From Pirellulales bacterium (GTDB lineage: Bacteria; Planctomycetota; Planctomycetia; Pirellulales; PALSA-1355), in NCBI GenBank assembly GCA_963733035.1, contig CAVTBU010000005.1, positions 928,001 through 992,000 of the forward strand: a stretch of DNA of 64,000 bases, in the 5' to 3' direction. Shown here in pieces: positions 61,265-64,000 of the stretch. The position numbers and the translations under genes were made by a program. The notes beneath the pieces were generated by a model. It saw only the letters and a list, made by a program, of their open reading frames with translations. It ran no database searches and was not told where the DNA came from. The number at the start of each line of letters is the position of its first letter. Within the stretch, counting starts at the first letter, position 1.

Positions 61265-62413
61265 TTAGCCAGCTTGGCAAAGGGCACGCAAGAGCGTTGC
61301 ACGGTCGCGAAGCGCTTCCAGCACGGCCCTCGAATTACTGCCTACCGCGAACACAGTTGCAATGGGCCAGCCGCACTCGACGGTCATTTGGCCGCGTGGA
61401 ATATCAGCGAGAGTCGGCCATCCATCACATTCGACCGCTTCAAAGCAAGTAGACCAACTCTCTGCCAGCTCAAGCCGCCGTGGAGCAAACAGGACTGCCT
61501 TGCCGCAGAATTTGACTTCCGGTCGGTCGCTCAGGTTTGGCAATGCACCCTCTCGGCAGGCAGCAATATGTAGGGCAATTCCAGGCAGGTCGAAAGACCG
61601 CTCTAGAATCTCCACGGATGCTGTATAGCGAGGATTGACCTCCACTACCCAGACACCCCTTGCATTGATGATCGCGTCGACGCCAAACAATCCGCGGAGA
61701 CTGAACTCCGCGGTTAACGATTGGCCGATCCTGAGAAATTGCTCAGTCACCAAGGGGCCAAGCTGCACTGGGCCGAGCGATCCACAATAGCGAAAGCTGC
61801 TAGCGCCCGCCCAACGGCAACCAATGAGCTGCTCGGTAACGCCCAGGAGAATCGCACTTCGCCCATCCGCAACGTAGACACCGCTATGGGGAGTCCCCGG
61901 AATATACTCCTGGAAATAGCACGCGCGCCGTGACGCGTGGCGGCCGCCTCGCCATCGCTGAATGCCAATGCCGCCAGCGGAGCGTATGGGCTTGCTCAAC
62001 CACGAGCCGTCCGGCGGGATGCCGGTCGAATCGCGGGTAAAGCTCGGAAAGCGGAGACCATGCCGCGTTAGGGTGCTTAGTAAACGATGCGGGTCGCGAA
62101 CAGCCCGCAAGACGGCACCGTCATTTCCCAGCAAAGGTCGACGACACGCCCAGTCGTCGACCAGGCGAGGATGGTTTTCCAAGGCTCCTGTGTATAGCCA
62201 ACTACCTGATTGCACGCCGTCAATTACCCGGCCAAGCCCAGCCGGATAGTCAACGACTTGAGTGACATCGGCCACACGGCAGAGATCGGCGTCGGCAAAT
62301 AAGTCGCCGGCGTGTACGAGAAAGCCCGAGCGCGCGGCGGAATATGCCGCGGCTCGAGCACTGCTACCAACGATGGTCAATTCCGGCTGCACGCCGGCAT
62401 TGTTCTCGTTCAA
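61265..62413 (-). CDS. ATP-grasp protein, probably H4MPT/methanofuran-linked C1 cofactor biosynthesis
   Basis: SARAAA..DLFADAD, KPIRSAGG.GI, FQEYIPG, GLFGVD, VEVNPRYTAS; close to fae and mtdC. Confidence 0.8.
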   Translation of the reverse strand: MNENNAGVQPELTIVGSSARAAAYSAARSGFLVHAGDLFADADLCRVADVTQVVDYPAGLGRVIDGVQSGSWLYTGALENHPRLVDDWACRRPLLGNDGAVLRAVRDPHRLLSTLTRHGLRFPSFTRDSTGIPPDGSWLSKPIRSAGGIGIQRWRGGRHASRRACYFQEYIPGTPHSGVYVADGRSAILLGVTEQLIGCRWAGASSFRYCGSLGPVQLGPLVTEQFLRIGQSLTAEFSLRGLFGVDAIINARGVWVVEVNPRYTASVEILERSFDLPGIALHIAACREGALPNLSDRPEVKFCGKAVLFAPRRLELAESWSTCFEAVECDGWPTLADIPRGQMTVECGWPIATVFAVGSNSRAVLEALRDRATLLRALCQAG

Positions 62414-62418
62414 GCGGA

Positions 62419-62838
62419 CTAGTGCAAGAATTGCTGGCACCAGTAGATGGTGCCTCCAGGCGTCGTAAACGCTGCCACGCCGATCCGAGTATGTCCAGGG
62501 TTAAGGATGTTCGCCCGGTGCCCGGAAGAGTTCATCCAGGCGTTAATTACTTCGCCGCTAGAACGCTGCCCCATTGCGATGTTTTCCGCGACTGCCTGGT
62601 TCGTGTGAACCATCGAGCGGTTGTTGGTCATCCAGGCCGCGTGGCGCCGTGCTGATTGGATCAGCCGCCGATCGACAGCGAGCGGACGTAGCCCGTGTCG
62701 AATCCGTTGGGCATTGGTCTTCTCGATGACTCTTGCCTCAATGGCGTGCAATTCGGGAGGGGTAGCTGTTGACTCAGCCGCCGGGGGATTCATGGCCGCA
62801 GTCACTCCGGCGCAGAGTACGATCAGGCTTCCAAGCAT
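62419..62838 (-). CDS. CAP/SCP domain secreted protein
   Basis: TNAQR..GLRPL, AENIAMG, WMNSSGHRANIL, IGV, YWCQQF. Confidence 0.92.
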   Translation of the reverse strand: MLGSLIVLCAGVTAAMNPPAAESTATPPELHAIEARVIEKTNAQRIRHGLRPLAVDRRLIQSARRHAAWMTNNRSMVHTNQAVAENIAMGQRSSGEVINAWMNSSGHRANILNPGHTRIGVAAFTTPGGTIYWCQQFLH

Positions 62839-63004
62839 GTCTGTGCAATCTCCTGTTGCATAATCCAAGTAGAACCAAGTTGCTCCGCGTTCCGCGTCGG
62901 AGAACAACTGGCATGCGTCGATTTCGAAAGAGAGCCCCTTGACGGCTCGGCTACTCTGCCGAAGTACCGCTCAGGCGAAACCGAGCACATAGGTAAGGCC
63001 TGCT

Positions 63005-63112
63005 AGCATAGCGCGGCCTGCAGCCCATCACAACCCTCCTAACCGAGAAACTTCGCGCAATTTATCCAGTCCTGATGGGGGTGCTTGAAAAGCGCGGTTG
63101 GTTTGCTATCGT
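63005..63112. promoter_or_regulatory. Divergent sigma70-type promoters (CAP gene / fae)
   Basis: Minus strand TTGTGA-17-TATGCT (63005-63033); plus strand TTGAAA-16-TATCGT with TG extension (63085-63112). Confidence 0.45.
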
Positions 63113-63274
63113 TGTGAGCTTCGGTCGGTATTTAAGCCACCACGCGGCTTGCGGAACGTGTTTTGTGTGGCACGCCCGCCGAAGAGTATTGCGTTGAGCT
63201 ACCAGTCGAGGCGAGCTGCCTAACTTCAGGCGCAGACCTCTCGTGCAATTTAGCTAGAGATGGAGAGATGAATC

Positions 63275-63772
63275 ATGTCCATGTTCATTGGCGAGGCGTT
63301 GGTCGGCGAAGGCAATGAAATCGCCCATATCGACCTGTTGATCGGTAGCAAGGATGGTCCGGTGGGTGTCGCATTCGCCAATGCTTTGGCTCGTCAGAGC
63401 GAAGGACACACGAACTTGTTGGCCGTTTTGACGCCGAATCTGGCCGTCAAGCCGTCGACCGTGATGATCACGAAAGTCACGATCAAAGGTATGAAGCAGG
63501 CCGTGCAGATGTTCGGTCCGGCTCAGGCGGCCGTCGCCAAGGCGGTTGCCGATTCGGTTGCCGACGGCGTGATTCCGCAGAAGGACGCTGAGGACCTTGT
63601 CATTGTCTGCGGTGTGTTCATCCATCCTGCCGCCGAAGAAGACAAGAAGATTTACGACTACAACTACCAAGCTACGAAGGACGCCATCTCCAGTGCAATG
63701 CAGGGTAAGCCAAACGTAAAGGAAATGCTTGCAGGGAAGGACCAGGCCGCCCATCCGTTCCGAGGCTTCTAG
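63275..63772 (+). CDS. fae: Formaldehyde-activating enzyme
   Basis: GEALVGEGNEIAHIDLLIG, QMFGPAQAAVAKAV, VFIHP, YNYQATK, HPFRG. Confidence 0.97.
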   Translation: MSMFIGEALVGEGNEIAHIDLLIGSKDGPVGVAFANALARQSEGHTNLLAVLTPNLAVKPSTVMITKVTIKGMKQAVQMFGPAQAAVAKAVADSVADGVIPQKDAEDLVIVCGVFIHPAAEEDKKIYDYNYQATKDAISSAMQGKPNVKEMLAGKDQAAHPFRGF

Positions 63773-63820
63773 CTTTGGTGTCGACGCCGACTAAAGGTCA
63801 TGTCTGCCGAGAACAGCGGT

Positions 63821-63858
63821 GAGCTCACGGGCCGATTTTTGGCCCGTGGGCTCTTTTT
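63821..63858 (+). terminator. Intrinsic terminator after fae
   Basis: GAGCTCACGGGCC-loop-GGCCCGTGGGCTC-TTTTT. Confidence 0.85.
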
Positions 63859-63902
63859 CATGCAATTCACGCGTCCAGCCGCCTGCCAGGGAGTACGCCG
63901 CG

Positions 63903-64000
63903 GTGAGCAAGCCTAGAATTCTCGTGCAATTGGATACGGACTCCCAGCCCAGTGTTTTCGACGGCGTCGTTGCGATCGACGCCGACGTCGATCAGCTACT
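63903..64000 (+). CDS. mtdC: Methylene-H4MPT dehydrogenase (MtdA/MtdC family), N-terminal fragment
   Basis: GTG start, MSKPRILVQLDTDSQPSVFDGVVAIDADVDQL matches the Mtd N-terminus; directly after fae. Confidence 0.8.
   Translation, partial: MSKPRILVQLDTDSQPSVFDGVVAIDADVDQL

Noticed and set aside
52490..63207. 11-mer AGCTACCAGTC shared by the xrt leader and the fae leader
   Set aside because: Many matches of this length are expected by chance in 64 kb, and the copies are in opposite orientation relative to their genes
63254..63754. 166-aa minus-strand ORF
   Set aside because: Antisense to fae
1..64000. tRNA, rRNA, tmRNA, RNase P RNA, SRP RNA, CRISPR array, IS or prophage
   Set aside because: No signature sequences or repeat-spacer periodicity found by eye; a covariance-model scan would be needed to exclude divergent RNAs

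Overview
Ordinary chromosomal window from a Planctomycetota bacterium, probably Pirellulales. The assignment rests on a DUF1559/H-X9-DG prepilin protein, an LExLExRxxL-leader surface protein, an ECF sigma + Ser/Thr kinase-WD40 pair, a fae/mtdC H4MPT C1 cluster and an FlgI-HEAT protein. About 55 CDS can be supported. Housekeeping genes include rnpA, yidD, a class II DnaJ, aspS, miaA, hisE-hisG, an rluD-like gene, rpiB, rimI and a plsC-like gene. Also present are a split two-gene Gln-dependent NAD synthetase, a TsaC-YwlE fusion, a MoxR-DUF58-VWA operon, and an exosortase/EpsI/Wzc/Wza exopolysaccharide locus with a PEP-CTERM substrate elsewhere in the window. I saw no rRNA, tRNA, CRISPR array, transposase, integrase or prophage. 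Six 1-2 nt indels, one in essential aspS, and one in-frame TGA look like long-read assembly errors rather than biology. The best leads are: a tandem kinase-less duplicate of Wzc beside a Wzc lacking its Tyr cluster; a PAS-GAF-DHp-like-REC protein with no ATPase domain; a Memo protein with an RRE/PqqD-like N-terminus; and several structured 5' leaders. All family assignments come from motif recognition by eye; no database searches were run.
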